Source: an uncultured Rhizobiaceae bacterium (GTDB lineage: Bacteria > Pseudomonadota > Alphaproteobacteria > UBA828). Taken from it: a stretch of DNA of 46,020 nt. The position numbers and the translations under genes are program-made. The notes under the pieces were generated by a model, which was given only the letters and a program-made list of their open reading frames with translations, was not told the origin of the DNA and did no database searches. Numbering within the stretch: the stretch's first letter is position 1; every line of letters begins with the position of its first letter. Of this stretch, positions 8,581 through 18,384 are shown piece by piece. The DNA lies in assembly GCA_964624055.1 (NCBI GenBank), contig CAZUXZ010000114.1, positions 1 through 46,020 on the forward strand, read 5' to 3'.

Positions 8581-9174
8581 TTAAGCATTGATCTTGGGTG
8601 TTTCGCCAACGATTTGATTTTGATGCTGCTGGCGATAGAGCGCCAGGAAATCGATGGGATTTAGCATGAGCGGCGGAAAGCCGCCATCCCTTGTAGCATC
8701 GGACAACACGCGCCGGGCGAAAGGAAAAAGCATGCGCGGACATTCTACCAGCAGAACTGGTTGAATGGATTCCTTGGGCACACCAGTAATGAGGCAAACG
8801 GCACCGTAGGTGAGGTCAAGCATGAAAAGGGTAGTCTGACCATTTTTACCACTAGCGGTGATACGGAGCCCGATCTCATAGTTGTCGTTTTGCAGCGGGC
8901 GGGCCTGAACTTCGACATTGACCTTGATGTCGGGTGCCTCCGGCGCGGCGACAAGACTGTCCGGTGCGCCGGGGTTCTCGAAGGATAAATCCTTTACATA
9001 TTGCGACTGGATGCGGATTTGCGGCGCACTTGTTTCCCCGGTTGGCTGCGCTCTGATGGCACTGTCACCGCTACTTTCCGTCGTATTTTCAGCTGTTGGT
9101 CTCGTGACTTTCTGGGATTTCTCGTTTTCCACCTCGTTTTGTATTTCCTTCTTGGATTTGTCCTCATTGGCCAT
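8581..9174 (-). CDS. secB: Protein-export chaperone SecB (long polar N-terminal extension)
   Basis: QYVKDLSFENP, ECPRMLFPFARR, DGGFPPLMLNPIDFLALY. Confidence 0.95.
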   Translation of the reverse strand: MANEDKSKKEIQNEVENEKSQKVTRPTAENTTESSGDSAIRAQPTGETSAPQIRIQSQYVKDLSFENPGAPDSLVAAPEAPDIKVNVEVQARPLQNDNYEIGLRITASGKNGQTTLFMLDLTYGAVCLITGVPKESIQPVLLVECPRMLFPFARRVLSDATRDGGFPPLMLNPIDFLALYRQQHQNQIVGETPKINA

Positions 9175-9245
9175 ATCTTATTACCTTTCGTCCAACGTAC
9201 TAATACAGGCGCATTAAAACGGGAAAGACTAGCACAGCGAGACCT

Positions 9246-9737
9246 TTAGTCCCTGTCTATTCGTTTTCCATCGACCGGAGGTGTACCGTCCGTTTCTGAC
9301 CCACTGATATCCTTGAAATCGCCGTCAATAACGGTGTCACCATGACTGGCGTCGCTATGCCCGCCCCAAGCCTCAAATTTATGTATGCGGGTACGAATTG
9401 CAACGAGAATTGTACTTAGAACGAGACGGCGGAGAACCGGGACGAGCAGAAGTGCGCCTAGCACATCGGTTATGAATCCGGGCGTTAGCAGTAGGAAAGC
9501 GGCGAGCACTAGCACCGCGCCATGGGCGAATTCTGCCACGGGTAGCTTGTCTTTAGCGACTTGCTCACGCGCGCGGGCTATCATTTGCCGACCCTGTTGT
9601 CTGAGGATTGCGCCGCCGACGAGAGCAGTGGCAAAAATCATGCCAATCGTTAGCCAGGCACCAATTTGACTGCCGACCTCTACGAAAAGGTAAATTTCGG
9701 CTGCTGGAACAGCGAGAAACAAGAACATAGGAAACAT
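9246..9737 (-). CDS. fxsA: FxsA family membrane protein
   Basis: VPAAEIYLFVEVG, LLLTPGFITDVLG, C-terminal VIDGDF; conserved secB-fxsA/Tim44 context. Confidence 0.9.
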   Translation of the reverse strand: MFPMFLFLAVPAAEIYLFVEVGSQIGAWLTIGMIFATALVGGAILRQQGRQMIARAREQVAKDKLPVAEFAHGAVLVLAAFLLLTPGFITDVLGALLLVPVLRRLVLSTILVAIRTRIHKFEAWGGHSDASHGDTVIDGDFKDISGSETDGTPPVDGKRIDRD

Positions 9738-9917
9738 AGCGGAGCTTGCGGTTTTTGTGGCGAAGGTCTATTTGTTAAGTATGATGGGCTGCCATAGGTA
9801 GTAGCAGGTGCGGCATTGTGCGCGGGCGCGGCGTTGAGCATTTTTGATCAAGCAAAATGCAATATGCTTTCCGCTAGCCTTCTATGGGTTTCGACGCGCA
9901 GGCAAGAGTAAGGGAAT

Positions 9918-10658
9918 ATGTCTGACGGGTTCCAATATTTCGACATAATTTTTTTCGCGCTGATCGCGGTATTCGTGATTTTGCGCCTGAGGAGCGCGCT
10001 CGGTCGTCGCACTGGCCAGGAGCGGCAACGTCCGAACGATATATTCTCGCGCTCCACCGAGCCGGACGAGCAGAATACGGGGAAGGTGGTTCACCTGCCA
10101 GGACACGGCGATGAGACGGATGACGAATTATTTGAGAAGGAGATGTCGGATATCGGTCAGCGCGATACCGGAAAATCCGAAGAAAAGCGTGACGAGGTGG
10201 AAGATATTCGCGCTGGCCTAACGCGTATCCGCATGGCCGACCCAGAATTTAGCCCGCGCGCCTTCCTCGCCGGCGCTAAAGGTGCATTTGAGATAGTTGT
10301 TGAAGCTTTCGCCACCGGCGATACCGCTACCTTGCGCCCGCTTTTGGGCGATGATGTTTATGACGAGTTTGCAGATGTCATTCGGGCGCGGATCTCCGCG
10401 AAGGAAACCACCGAGACGACCATCGTCGCGCTCGATTCCGCTGATATCACTTCAGCTGAGCTTGTCGGCAGCACAGCCCGGGTGACTGTCCGCTTCTCTA
10501 GCCAGCAAATGAGTGTCACCAAAGATGTCGCCGGTGATGTGGTGGATGGCGAAGTCGACAGGGTGGTGCGCGTCGTTGATTTGTGGGCCTTCGCGCACAA
10601 CATTAACTCGGACGATCCGACCTGGGCTCTGATCGAGACCCGCACACCAGACGATTGA
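9918..10658 (+). CDS. Tim44/TimA family adaptor protein
   Basis: N-terminal TM DIIFFALIAVFVILRLRSALGRRTG; FLAGAKGAFEIVVEAF; DLWAF...DPTWAL. Confidence 0.92.
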   Translation: MSDGFQYFDIIFFALIAVFVILRLRSALGRRTGQERQRPNDIFSRSTEPDEQNTGKVVHLPGHGDETDDELFEKEMSDIGQRDTGKSEEKRDEVEDIRAGLTRIRMADPEFSPRAFLAGAKGAFEIVVEAFATGDTATLRPLLGDDVYDEFADVIRARISAKETTETTIVALDSADITSAELVGSTARVTVRFSSQQMSVTKDVAGDVVDGEVDRVVRVVDLWAFAHNINSDDPTWALIETRTPDD

Positions 10659-11905
10659 GCTTTCTTGTGCCGCGCGCCGGTTTAGCCGCCTGGCCCGTCC
10701 TTCTTCCCATACTATTGTTGTTGGCCTCCTGCGCGCCGGTGTTGGAGCGCGAGACCGAAAATGTGCCCGCTGCTTCGCTTGCCGATACGCTGCACTTGCG
10801 CCCTGTCGGCTACGACGACTTGTTGGGTTGGAATGCTGACCACCACGGTGAGGCGTTGCGTGCCTTTGTTCGCTCCTGCGAAAAGATGCTGTGGCGCAAA
10901 CCGAGCGCTGCAATCGGTGGCGTTATCCCTGGCACAAACGACGCTTGGCGCGATGCCTGCGAGGCGGCGGGTGCGCGAGATATACAAGATCATCGAGCAG
11001 CGCGACACTTTTTCGAGGATTGGTTCAGGCCCTACGCTGTTTTGAACAATGGTCGCGAGAGGGGCCTCTTCACTGGTTACTTTGAGCCCGAACTTGCTGG
11101 CTCCCTAGAGCCTGGCAATGGTTACGATGTCGCGCTTTACGGGCGGCCGGCCGATTTGGTGACCGTCTCCCTTGGGCGCTTCCACGAAAACCTTGCTGGC
11201 GAGCGCATTGCTGGGCGGGTGGTTGATGGCACCCTCATACCCTACCCGAACCGGGCACAGATCGATAACGGCGCGCTCCAAGGTCAGAATCTCGAATTGG
11301 TTTGGGTCAACAGCGCAGTGGATGCCTTCTTTCTTCATATCCAGGGCTCGGGCCGGGTGCGGCTAGACAATGGCGAAGCAAGGAGGATCGGCTATGCGGC
11401 GAGCAACGGTCAGCCGTATCTTGCCATCGGACGCAGCTTGGTGCGACGCGGCGAGCTGAGCCGTGAGGAAGTCAGTATGCAGTCTATTCGTGCCTGGCTT
11501 GAGGCTAATCCGGCAGCAGCGCCCAGAGTTATGCGGGAGAACAATTCCTATATCTTCTTCCGCTGGCTCGGCGGCAAGAATGCCAAGCTCGGGCCTGAGG
11601 GCGCTCAAGGCGTGCCGCTCCTGGCCGGTCGTTCACTCGCTATCGACCGTCGTTTTTTACCGCTTGGCGCGCCGATCTGGCTCGAAGCTCTCGCACCCAA
11701 TGGTGATCCGGCAAAATCTGATCGGATGCTGCGCCGTCTGTTGATCAGCCAGGATACCGGCGGCGCTATTCGCGGGCCGGTGCGTGGCGATGTCTTCTGG
11801 GGCACCGGGCACACAGCGGGTGAGATCGCCGGGCGCATGAACCATCAGGGTCGCTATTGGCTAATGCTACCGCGTGATCTCGACGTACGCGTCTTGATCA
11901 ATTAA
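10655..11905 (+). CDS. mltA: Membrane-bound lytic murein transglycosylase A (lipoprotein)
   Basis: Lipobox LLASC; FTGYFEP, FFLHIQGSG, QDTGGAIRGPVRGDVFWGTG (3D domain); TTG start overlapping the upstream stop. Confidence 0.94.
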   Translation: MSFLVPRAGLAAWPVLLPILLLLASCAPVLERETENVPAASLADTLHLRPVGYDDLLGWNADHHGEALRAFVRSCEKMLWRKPSAAIGGVIPGTNDAWRDACEAAGARDIQDHRAARHFFEDWFRPYAVLNNGRERGLFTGYFEPELAGSLEPGNGYDVALYGRPADLVTVSLGRFHENLAGERIAGRVVDGTLIPYPNRAQIDNGALQGQNLELVWVNSAVDAFFLHIQGSGRVRLDNGEARRIGYAASNGQPYLAIGRSLVRRGELSREEVSMQSIRAWLEANPAAAPRVMRENNSYIFFRWLGGKNAKLGPEGAQGVPLLAGRSLAIDRRFLPLGAPIWLEALAPNGDPAKSDRMLRRLLISQDTGGAIRGPVRGDVFWGTGHTAGEIAGRMNHQGRYWLMLPRDLDVRVLIN

Positions 11906-11938
11906 ATTTTTGCCAATCTTGAGCGGGGAAGGCTCAAC

Positions 11939-12733
11939 ATGAACACATCGCCAAACGACCAAAGCCCCCGGGTTGCTCTTTTTGTCACCTGCCTGGTCGA
12001 TTTGTTTCGCCCGAGCATTGGCTTTGCTGCGGTCAAATTATTGGAAGCGGCGGGTTGCACCGTCGAGGTGCCGAGTGCGCAGACCTGTTGCGGACAGCCG
12101 GCGCATAATTCCGGTGACAAGGGATCTAGCCGAGCCATCGCTTGCCAGGTGATCGCGGCCTTCGAGAGCTTCGACGCGGTGGTCGCGCCGTCGGGCTCCT
12201 GCGCCGGCATGATCAAACATCATTATCCTGCACTCTTCGCAGATGACGAAAGCTGGCATTCCCGTGCTAAAGCGCTCGCCACTAAGACCTTTGAGTTAAT
12301 GTCGTATCTTGTCGACGAACTCGGCGTGGAGAATGTCGAGGCGTGTTTTGATGGTAGTGTAACCTATCACGACAGCTGCGCCGGTCTGCGCGAGCTCGGT
12401 GTGCGCGAGCAACCGCGGCGGCTGCTAGCGGGCGTCTCCGGTCTCGAAATGAAGGACCTTCCCGGCGCGGAAGAGTGTTGTGGTTTTGGCGGCACCTTCT
12501 GCATTAAATATCCCGATATTTCGACTCGTATGGTGAGCGACAAGGTGGTGGATATCGCTGCTACGGGCGCCAATACCCTGCTTGCAGGAGATCTTGGCTG
12601 TTTGCTCAACATGGCCGGGCGGCTCAGCCGTGAGGGTCGCAATATCGAAGTACGCCATGTTGCCGAGGTGCTCGCGGATATGGCGGACGGACCCGCCATC
12701 GGCGAGAGCAAATCACCGCGGCGGATGGGTTGA
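11939..12733 (+). CDS. lutA: Lactate utilization protein A / LldE-like Fe-S protein (two CCG domains)
   Basis: VALFVTCLVD, QTCCGQP, PSGSC, YHDSC, ECCGFGGTF, DLGCLLNM. Confidence 0.88.
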   Translation: MNTSPNDQSPRVALFVTCLVDLFRPSIGFAAVKLLEAAGCTVEVPSAQTCCGQPAHNSGDKGSSRAIACQVIAAFESFDAVVAPSGSCAGMIKHHYPALFADDESWHSRAKALATKTFELMSYLVDELGVENVEACFDGSVTYHDSCAGLRELGVREQPRRLLAGVSGLEMKDLPGAEECCGFGGTFCIKYPDISTRMVSDKVVDIAATGANTLLAGDLGCLLNMAGRLSREGRNIEVRHVAEVLADMADGPAIGESKSPRRMG

Positions 12734-12740
12734 GGGGAAG

Positions 12741-14150
12741 ATGGAACCGACCAGCCATGATTTCGTTGCGCGCGCGCGCAAGGGCCTTGGTGAAGATGGG
12801 CTGCAGGAAGCACTTGCGCGCTTTCGCACGGGCTTCTCCGCCAAGCGCGCCGAGGCGGCGGCGCGTCTGCCGGAATTCGAGGCACTGCGCGACGAAGCGG
12901 TCGAGATAAAGGCCCATACCATTGACCATCTCGATTTCTATCTTGAGCACTTCGCTAACAAGGTTGAGGAGAGCGGTGGCGAGGTGCATTGGTGTGTAAC
13001 GCCGCAAGAGGCGCGCCAGACGGTACTCGATATCTGCTGCGCGGCGAACGCGAAGACAGTGACAAAATCAAAATCGATGATCGGCGAAGAAATCGCCCTC
13101 AATCCGTTTCTCGAGGAGAATGGTATTGAGCCGGTGGAGACCGACCTCGGTGAGTACATCGTTCAGCTCGCCGGGGAATACCCCAGTCATATTATCGCGC
13201 CGGCAATACACAAGACCAAAGACCAGGTTTCCGACTTGTTCTTTGAGCGGCATAAGGAACACGGTGCTACGAAGCGCCTTGAAGAGGTGGACGAACTTGT
13301 GGACGAGGCACGCGCCATGCTGCGCCAACGTTTTATCGCTGCTGATGTCGGCATTACGGGTGCCAACTTCCTCGTCGCCGAGACGGGTACCACCGCCATC
13401 GTCACCAATGAGGGCAATGGCGACCTGACGCAGATTTTGCCGCGCGTGCATATTGTGCTCGCCACCTTGGAGAAGGCTATCCCAACGCTCGAGGATATGA
13501 GCACCATCCTTCGTTTGCTGGCGCGCTCGGCTACGGGCCAAGAATTTTCCGCTTATACCACTCTTTCGACTGGGCCGAGACGTTCGAGCGATCTTGATGG
13601 ACCGGAGCAATTCCACGTCATTTTGCTCGACAATGGACGCAGCAATATCTTGAACTCCGAATTCCGCGAGGCGCTTCACTGCATCAAGTGCGGCGCTTGC
13701 ATGAATCATTGTCCGGTCTATGGTTCAATTGGCGGCCACGCCTATGGCTGGGTCTATCCCGGTCCGATCGGAGCGGTGCTGACGCCGCACCTCGTTGGTC
13801 TTGAGGAAGCCCATCACTTGCCCAACGCTTCGACATTTTGCGGCCGTTGCGAGGCGGTGTGTCCGATGCGCATACCGCTGCCTGGCCTGATGCGACGTTG
13901 GCGTGAGCGCGAATTCGAAGCCCGCCTACAACTGCCGCGCCATCGCCAGAGCCTGGCGCTTTGGTCTTGGTTCGCCCGCCGCCCGGCTCTCTATCGTATG
14001 ATGAGTGGTTTGGCGCGAGCGTTGTTGAGCGTCCTTGGCGGGCGCAAAGGGTACATCTATAGCCTACCTTTCGGCCGGAGCTGGACGGCTACGCGCGACA
14101 TGCCGGCGCCGGAAGGCGGCTCGTTCCACAGCCAATGGCGACGGCGATGA
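12741..14150 (+). CDS. lutB: Lactate utilization protein B / LldF-like 4Fe-4S protein
   Basis: Start moved to ATG 12741 after GAGGGGAAG; KSKSM, ETDLGEYIVQL, PSHIIAPA, CIKCGACMNHCP, CGRCEAVCP. Confidence 0.9.
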   Translation: MEPTSHDFVARARKGLGEDGLQEALARFRTGFSAKRAEAAARLPEFEALRDEAVEIKAHTIDHLDFYLEHFANKVEESGGEVHWCVTPQEARQTVLDICCAANAKTVTKSKSMIGEEIALNPFLEENGIEPVETDLGEYIVQLAGEYPSHIIAPAIHKTKDQVSDLFFERHKEHGATKRLEEVDELVDEARAMLRQRFIAADVGITGANFLVAETGTTAIVTNEGNGDLTQILPRVHIVLATLEKAIPTLEDMSTILRLLARSATGQEFSAYTTLSTGPRRSSDLDGPEQFHVILLDNGRSNILNSEFREALHCIKCGACMNHCPVYGSIGGHAYGWVYPGPIGAVLTPHLVGLEEAHHLPNASTFCGRCEAVCPMRIPLPGLMRRWREREFEARLQLPRHRQSLALWSWFARRPALYRMMSGLARALLSVLGGRKGYIYSLPFGRSWTATRDMPAPEGGSFHSQWRRR

Positions 14151-14830
14151 ACACTGGAGACGGTCGCGCCCGGATTATGGGCGCGCTTCGCCAAGGCCTA
14201 GGACGCGGCGAGCTCTCCGCCGAGCGCAAGGTCGAACTCAAGGCTCGGCTAGACTCGCCAAAAACTAATCTTGTGCCGGCGCGAGGTAATAAATCGCAGG
14301 ATGCGCGTATCACGCTCTTCGTCGAAATGGCCAAAGCGGTGCAGGCAAGCGTTACGCGCGTTCCTGGCGTCACGGATGTCCCAGGAGCGGTGACGGATTA
14401 TCTCGCAGAGAACAATCTGCCAAGCGATATCGTCATGGCGCCCGACGAGAATCTTGACGCCTATCCTTGGGCTGAGCGCCCGCTGCTCAATATTCGCCGG
14501 GATAAGGCATCGGATGCAGATCAGGTAAGCGTGACCACCGCCGAGATGGGATTTTCGGAGACCGGTACGTTAATGTTGACCTCGGGGGCGACGCGTCCTT
14601 CAACGCTTAACTTCCTGCCGGAGAATCATATCGTCATCCTGCGCGCTGGCCAAATTACTGGCGGTTATGAAGAAGGCTGGCGGCATTTACGCGAGAGAGG
14701 TGATGGCTACTTTATGCCGCGTACGGTAAATTTGATCACCGGTCCGTCGCGCACCGGCGATATCGAACAGACCATACAGCTCGGCGCCCATGGTCCCCGG
14801 CGACTACATATCATTATCGTTGAGGATTGA
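14147..14830 (+). CDS. lutC: Lactate utilization protein C / LUD domain protein
   Basis: ATGA overlap with lutB; ETGTLML, LPENHIVIL, ITGPSRTGDIEQTIQLGAHGPRRLH. Confidence 0.88.
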   Translation: MNTGDGRARIMGALRQGLGRGELSAERKVELKARLDSPKTNLVPARGNKSQDARITLFVEMAKAVQASVTRVPGVTDVPGAVTDYLAENNLPSDIVMAPDENLDAYPWAERPLLNIRRDKASDADQVSVTTAEMGFSETGTLMLTSGATRPSTLNFLPENHIVILRAGQITGGYEEGWRHLRERGDGYFMPRTVNLITGPSRTGDIEQTIQLGAHGPRRLHIIIVED

Positions 14831-15393
14831 CTCTGGTGGCCGGTAAGCGCCCCCTTAGCCGTGAAGAGCAAGCGCTCTGGCACAAGGTCATGAGCGATGT
14901 TGAACCTCTCGACTCTGACGCTCCTCCCGAGAACCAGTCCGGCGCAACCAAGGCGAAGAACAAAACAAAAAAACTTTTCAAACAAGATAAAACTAGGTCG
15001 TCCACCTCTCCCTCACCGCTTCTTGCCCCTAAACCTGAACGCTATCCGGAACTAGCGCCGGGCAAGGCCGCCGGACTCGACAAGCGTAATGCCCAGCGTC
15101 TAAAGCGCGGCCAGCTCCGCCCCGAGGCGCGGGTTGACCTTCACGGCATGACACAGGCCGAAGCTTATACGGAGCTCAACAGCTTCATCGCTGAATGCCA
15201 GATGTTGGGCTTGCGCACGGTGCTGGTGATTACTGGAAAGGGCTCGGTAAAGGATGGCGGCGTACTGCGCCGTATGGTTCCACGTTGGCTCAACCAGCCG
15301 CCGCTCCGCGCCATGGTTGTCGCCATCGAACAGGCGGTACCGCGTGACGGGGGCCTTGGCGCATATTACCTCCTGTTACGCCGGCGGCGTTAA
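14827..15393 (+). CDS. Smr/MutS2 C-terminal domain protein
   Basis: RVDLHGMTQAEA, VLVITGKG, GVLRRMVPRWL, DGGLGAYY; start TTG 14827 or GTG 14836. Confidence 0.9.
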   Translation: MTLVAGKRPLSREEQALWHKVMSDVEPLDSDAPPENQSGATKAKNKTKKLFKQDKTRSSTSPSPLLAPKPERYPELAPGKAAGLDKRNAQRLKRGQLRPEARVDLHGMTQAEAYTELNSFIAECQMLGLRTVLVITGKGSVKDGGVLRRMVPRWLNQPPLRAMVVAIEQAVPRDGGLGAYYLLLRRRR

Positions 15394-15397
15394 AACG

Positions 15398-15721
15398 ATG
15401 GGGTGGGTTGCCTACATTAAGAAAACTTCCCGGGAACTCAAGATTGAGGCCCTCGCGATGTATTACGCCATCCGCCATCCGAAGACGCCTTGGTCGATGC
15501 GGCTGGTGCTGGTTTTCATTTTGCTCTACGCCGTGAACCCGATAGACATTATTCCGGATTTCATCCCGGTGCTTGGAATGCTAGATGACATCGTCATTAT
15601 CGCCGCTGGCCTGTGGCTTGCACGGCGTCTGATTCCAGAAGCGGTATTGGAAGAATGCCGTAAAAAGGCTCGTACCATAGACCGCGAAGGCGGTTTGATC
15701 CGAAGCTTTTTTAAAGACTAG
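15398..15721 (+). CDS. YkvA / DUF1232 family small membrane protein
   Basis: Start moved to ATG 15398; HPKTPW...[21 protein letters not shown]. Confidence 0.88.
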   Translation: MGWVAYIKKTSRELKIEALAMYYAIRHPKTPWSMRLVLVFILLYAVNPIDIIPDFIPVLGMLDDIVIIAAGLWLARRLIPEAVLEECRKKARTIDREGGLIRSFFKD

Positions 15722-17028
15722 AGGATAAACTTGCTGAGGTCTGAATCCTTGGCAAGGTCCGAGACGCGGGATTCGACATAAGTCTTGTCGATGGCGATGG
15801 TCTCGCCACTCTTGTCGGTGGCGTTGAAGCTGATTTCTTCCAGGAGCTTTTCCATTACTGTATGCAGTCGGCGTGCGCCTATATTTTCGATCGTGTGATT
15901 CACCTCGGCCGCGAGGTCGGAGATGGTGTCGATCGCCTCCTCGTTGAAATCGAGCGTTACTTTTTCGGTGCCAAGGAGCGCAGTGTATTGTCGGATGAGG
16001 CTATTTTCTGGCTCGGTTAGAATTTGCTTCAGGTCATCCCGGGTAAGTGCCTGAAGTTCGACGCGTATCGGTAGGCGACCTTGAAGCTCTGGCAGCAGAT
16101 CCGCTGGCTTGGCGAGATGGAAGGCGCCCGATGCGATGAACAGAATATGGTCGGTCGAGATGGTGCCGTGTTTGGTCGCCACCGCAGTGCCCTCAATCAG
16201 AGGCAGTAGGTCGCGTTGCACGCCCTCGCGGCTGACATCGGCGCCGAGCCGGTCGGATCGTGCGCAAATTTTGTCGATCTCATCGATAAAGACGATTCCG
16301 TTATTGGCAGCGTTCTCTAGCGCCTCGCGTATCACCTTGTCCTGATCGAGTAGCCGGTCACTCTCTTCCTCCATTAGCACATCGTAGGATTCTCCGACTG
16401 CCATGCGTTTTGGTTTCTTTTGCTCGCCCATCGCCTTCCCGAGCATATCGCCGAGATTGAGCATGCCCATCTGTGCTCCTGGCATGCCGGGGATTTCGAA
16501 GGTCGGCAGGGAAGCGCCTGCGTTTTCAGATACTTCTATATCGATTTCTTTCTCCGCCAGTTCTCCATTGCGCAGCTTTTCGCGGAACTTGCGCCGCGTG
16601 TCCTGAGCGGCATTCTTGCCGACCAATGCATCTAACACGCGCTCTTCGGCATGGAGCTCCGCCTTGGCGGTGACCTCCTTGCGCATCCGTTCTCGGGTCA
16701 TGTGGATCGAGATCTCCACAAGATCGCGTACGATCTGCTCGACGTCGCGTCCGACATAGCCAACCTCCGTGAATTTGGTCGCCTCCACTTTCAGGAATGG
16801 CGCCTGGGCAAGGCGCGCAAGTCGACGCGCGATCTCGGTCTTGCCGACGCCGGTCGGACCAATCATTAGGATGTTCTTGGGCAGGACTTCTTCGCGCAGA
16901 TCCTCTGGCAATTGCTGGCGACGCCAGCGATTGCGCACGGCGATGGCGACGGAGCGCTTGGCGTTGTCCTGGCCGACGATGAAACGGTCGAGCTCGGAAA
17001 CGATTTCGCGTGGGCTGAAACTTGTCAT
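15718..17028 (-). CDS. hslU: ATP-dependent protease ATPase subunit HslU
   Basis: [59 protein letters not shown]-terminal DLSKFIL. Confidence 0.98.
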   Translation of the reverse strand: MTSFSPREIVSELDRFIVGQDNAKRSVAIAVRNRWRRQQLPEDLREEVLPKNILMIGPTGVGKTEIARRLARLAQAPFLKVEATKFTEVGYVGRDVEQIVRDLVEISIHMTRERMRKEVTAKAELHAEERVLDALVGKNAAQDTRRKFREKLRNGELAEKEIDIEVSENAGASLPTFEIPGMPGAQMGMLNLGDMLGKAMGEQKKPKRMAVGESYDVLMEEESDRLLDQDKVIREALENAANNGIVFIDEIDKICARSDRLGADVSREGVQRDLLPLIEGTAVATKHGTISTDHILFIASGAFHLAKPADLLPELQGRLPIRVELQALTRDDLKQILTEPENSLIRQYTALLGTEKVTLDFNEEAIDTISDLAAEVNHTIENIGARRLHTVMEKLLEEISFNATDKSGETIAIDKTYVESRVSDLAKDSDLSKFIL

Positions 17029-17588
17029 TTGGGTATTTTCTCCACCACCAGGGCACTGTTCGTGTAAACGCAGATATCGGCGGCGATGGCCATGGCCTTC
17101 CGCGCCACAGCTTCGGCGCCGAGCTCGTCCATGTCGACGAGCGCGCGCGCCGCGGCGAGCGCGTAATTTCCGCCTGAGCCGATGGCGATCAGACCGTCTT
17201 CGGGCTCAAGCACGTCGCCGGTGCCGGTCAACACCAGGGAGATGTTGGCATCGGCCACTGCCATCATCGCTTCGAGGCGACGGAGATAGCGGTCCGTACG
17301 CCAATCTTTGGCAAGCTCGACGCAGGCGCGCATAAGTTGTCCGGGATGCTGTTCGAGTTTGCCTTCAAGGCGCTCGAAGAGAGTGAACGCGTCGGCCGTA
17401 GCGCCGGCAAAACCGGCGATGATTTCGCTACTAGAGCCCAAGCGACGCACCTTACGAGCGTTCGATTTGATCACTGTCTGGCCGAGAGTAACCTGGCCAT
17501 CGCCGGCGATGACGACGGTGTCGTCCTTGCGCACTGATAAGATGGTTGTTCCGTGCCAAACGGCGGTGTCGGATGAGTCGGTTTTGAT
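17025..17588 (-). CDS. hslV: ATP-dependent protease subunit HslV (true start upstream of the ORF-track GTG; probable ATC start)
   Basis: In-frame upstream extension gives ...[11 protein letters not shown]...IAGDGQVT; [21 protein letters not shown]. Start position inferred from the SD (see findings). Confidence 0.93.
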   Translation of the reverse strand: MKTDSSDTAVWHGTTILSVRKDDTVVIAGDGQVTLGQTVIKSNARKVRRLGSSSEIIAGFAGATADAFTLFERLEGKLEQHPGQLMRACVELAKDWRTDRYLRRLEAMMAVADANISLVLTGTGDVLEPEDGLIAIGSGGNYALAAARALVDMDELGAEAVARKAMAIAADICVYTNSALVVEKIPK

Positions 17589-17642
17589 GGCAATCTCCCT
17601 TGCGGCGCCTAAGGGTCGTGGGTTGGCGCTTCTGCCTCAACC

Positions 17643-17670
17643 ATGTGGTGATTGGCCCCGCCGGGTCAAG
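17643..17670 (-). promoter_or_regulatory. Putative RpoH (sigma32) heat-shock promoter of hslVU
   Basis: Minus strand CTTGAC-N16-CCACAT, matching the alphaproteobacterial RpoH pattern CTTGAA-N16-CCTAT; hslVU is a typical RpoH target. Confidence 0.65.
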
Positions 17671-17759
17671 CCTCTGGCGAAACATTCCTGTTCTTGCTAC
17701 AACGGCGCCCGACTATCCCTGGATTTCGGACCTCACGTCCCTTAGAGAGCAACCGCGTC

Positions 17760-18377
17760 ATGAAACAGCCGTCGCGTTCCTCCCGCGTTGAGCGGGTGAC
17801 CAAAGAAACTAGTATCGTTGTCGATGTCAATCTCGACGGCGAAGGCGCTTATGACATTTCCACCGGCATTGGCTTTCTCGACCATATGCTGGAGCAACTT
17901 TCGCGCCATAGTCTGATCGACCTCACCCTAAAGGCGGAAGGCGATCTCGAAGTGACCTATCACCACACCACCGAGGACAGTGGTATCGCGCTCGGCGAGG
18001 CGTTAAGTCTGGCGCTTGGTGACAAGCGCGGCATTACACGCTATGGCAGCGCGTTCGTGCCGATGGACGAGGCCTGTGTGCGCGTTAGCCTCGATATAAG
18101 TAATCGGCCGTACCTCGTTTGGCGGGTCGACTTCCAGCGCCCACGCCTAGACGATATGGATACTGAGCATTTCAAGGAATGGTTTCAGGCCTTTGCCCAG
18201 TCGGCGGGGATCACGCTCCATGTCGAGTGCCTCTATGGCGATAACAGTCATCACATCGTCGAGGCCTGCTTTAAGGCGCTGGCGCGCGCGCTGCGCGAAG
18301 CTATGACCCTTGATCCGAGATCGGCGACGATGATCCCTTCCACCAAGGGGACACTTGGCGGCGAGGCGGAGGTTTGA
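17760..18377 (+). CDS. hisB: Imidazoleglycerol-phosphate dehydratase
   Basis: Start moved to ATG 17760; [45 protein letters not shown]. Confidence 0.96.
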   Translation: MKQPSRSSRVERVTKETSIVVDVNLDGEGAYDISTGIGFLDHMLEQLSRHSLIDLTLKAEGDLEVTYHHTTEDSGIALGEALSLALGDKRGITRYGSAFVPMDEACVRVSLDISNRPYLVWRVDFQRPRLDDMDTEHFKEWFQAFAQSAGITLHVECLYGDNSHHIVEACFKALARALREAMTLDPRSATMIPSTKGTLGGEAEV

Positions 18378-18384
18378 GGCCACC

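Noticed and set aside
12582-12740. N-terminal extensions in the ORF track (lutB; likewise ykvA, hisB, hisA, hisF, HIT, holA, porin)
   Set aside because: Artefacts of longest-ORF calling; downstream ATGs fit SD sites, stop-start overlaps and family N-termini.
15718-15721. Overlapping stops of convergent genes (ykvA/hslU; also parB/holA at 34643-34646)
   Set aside because: Common in compact bacterial genomes; no evidence of special function.
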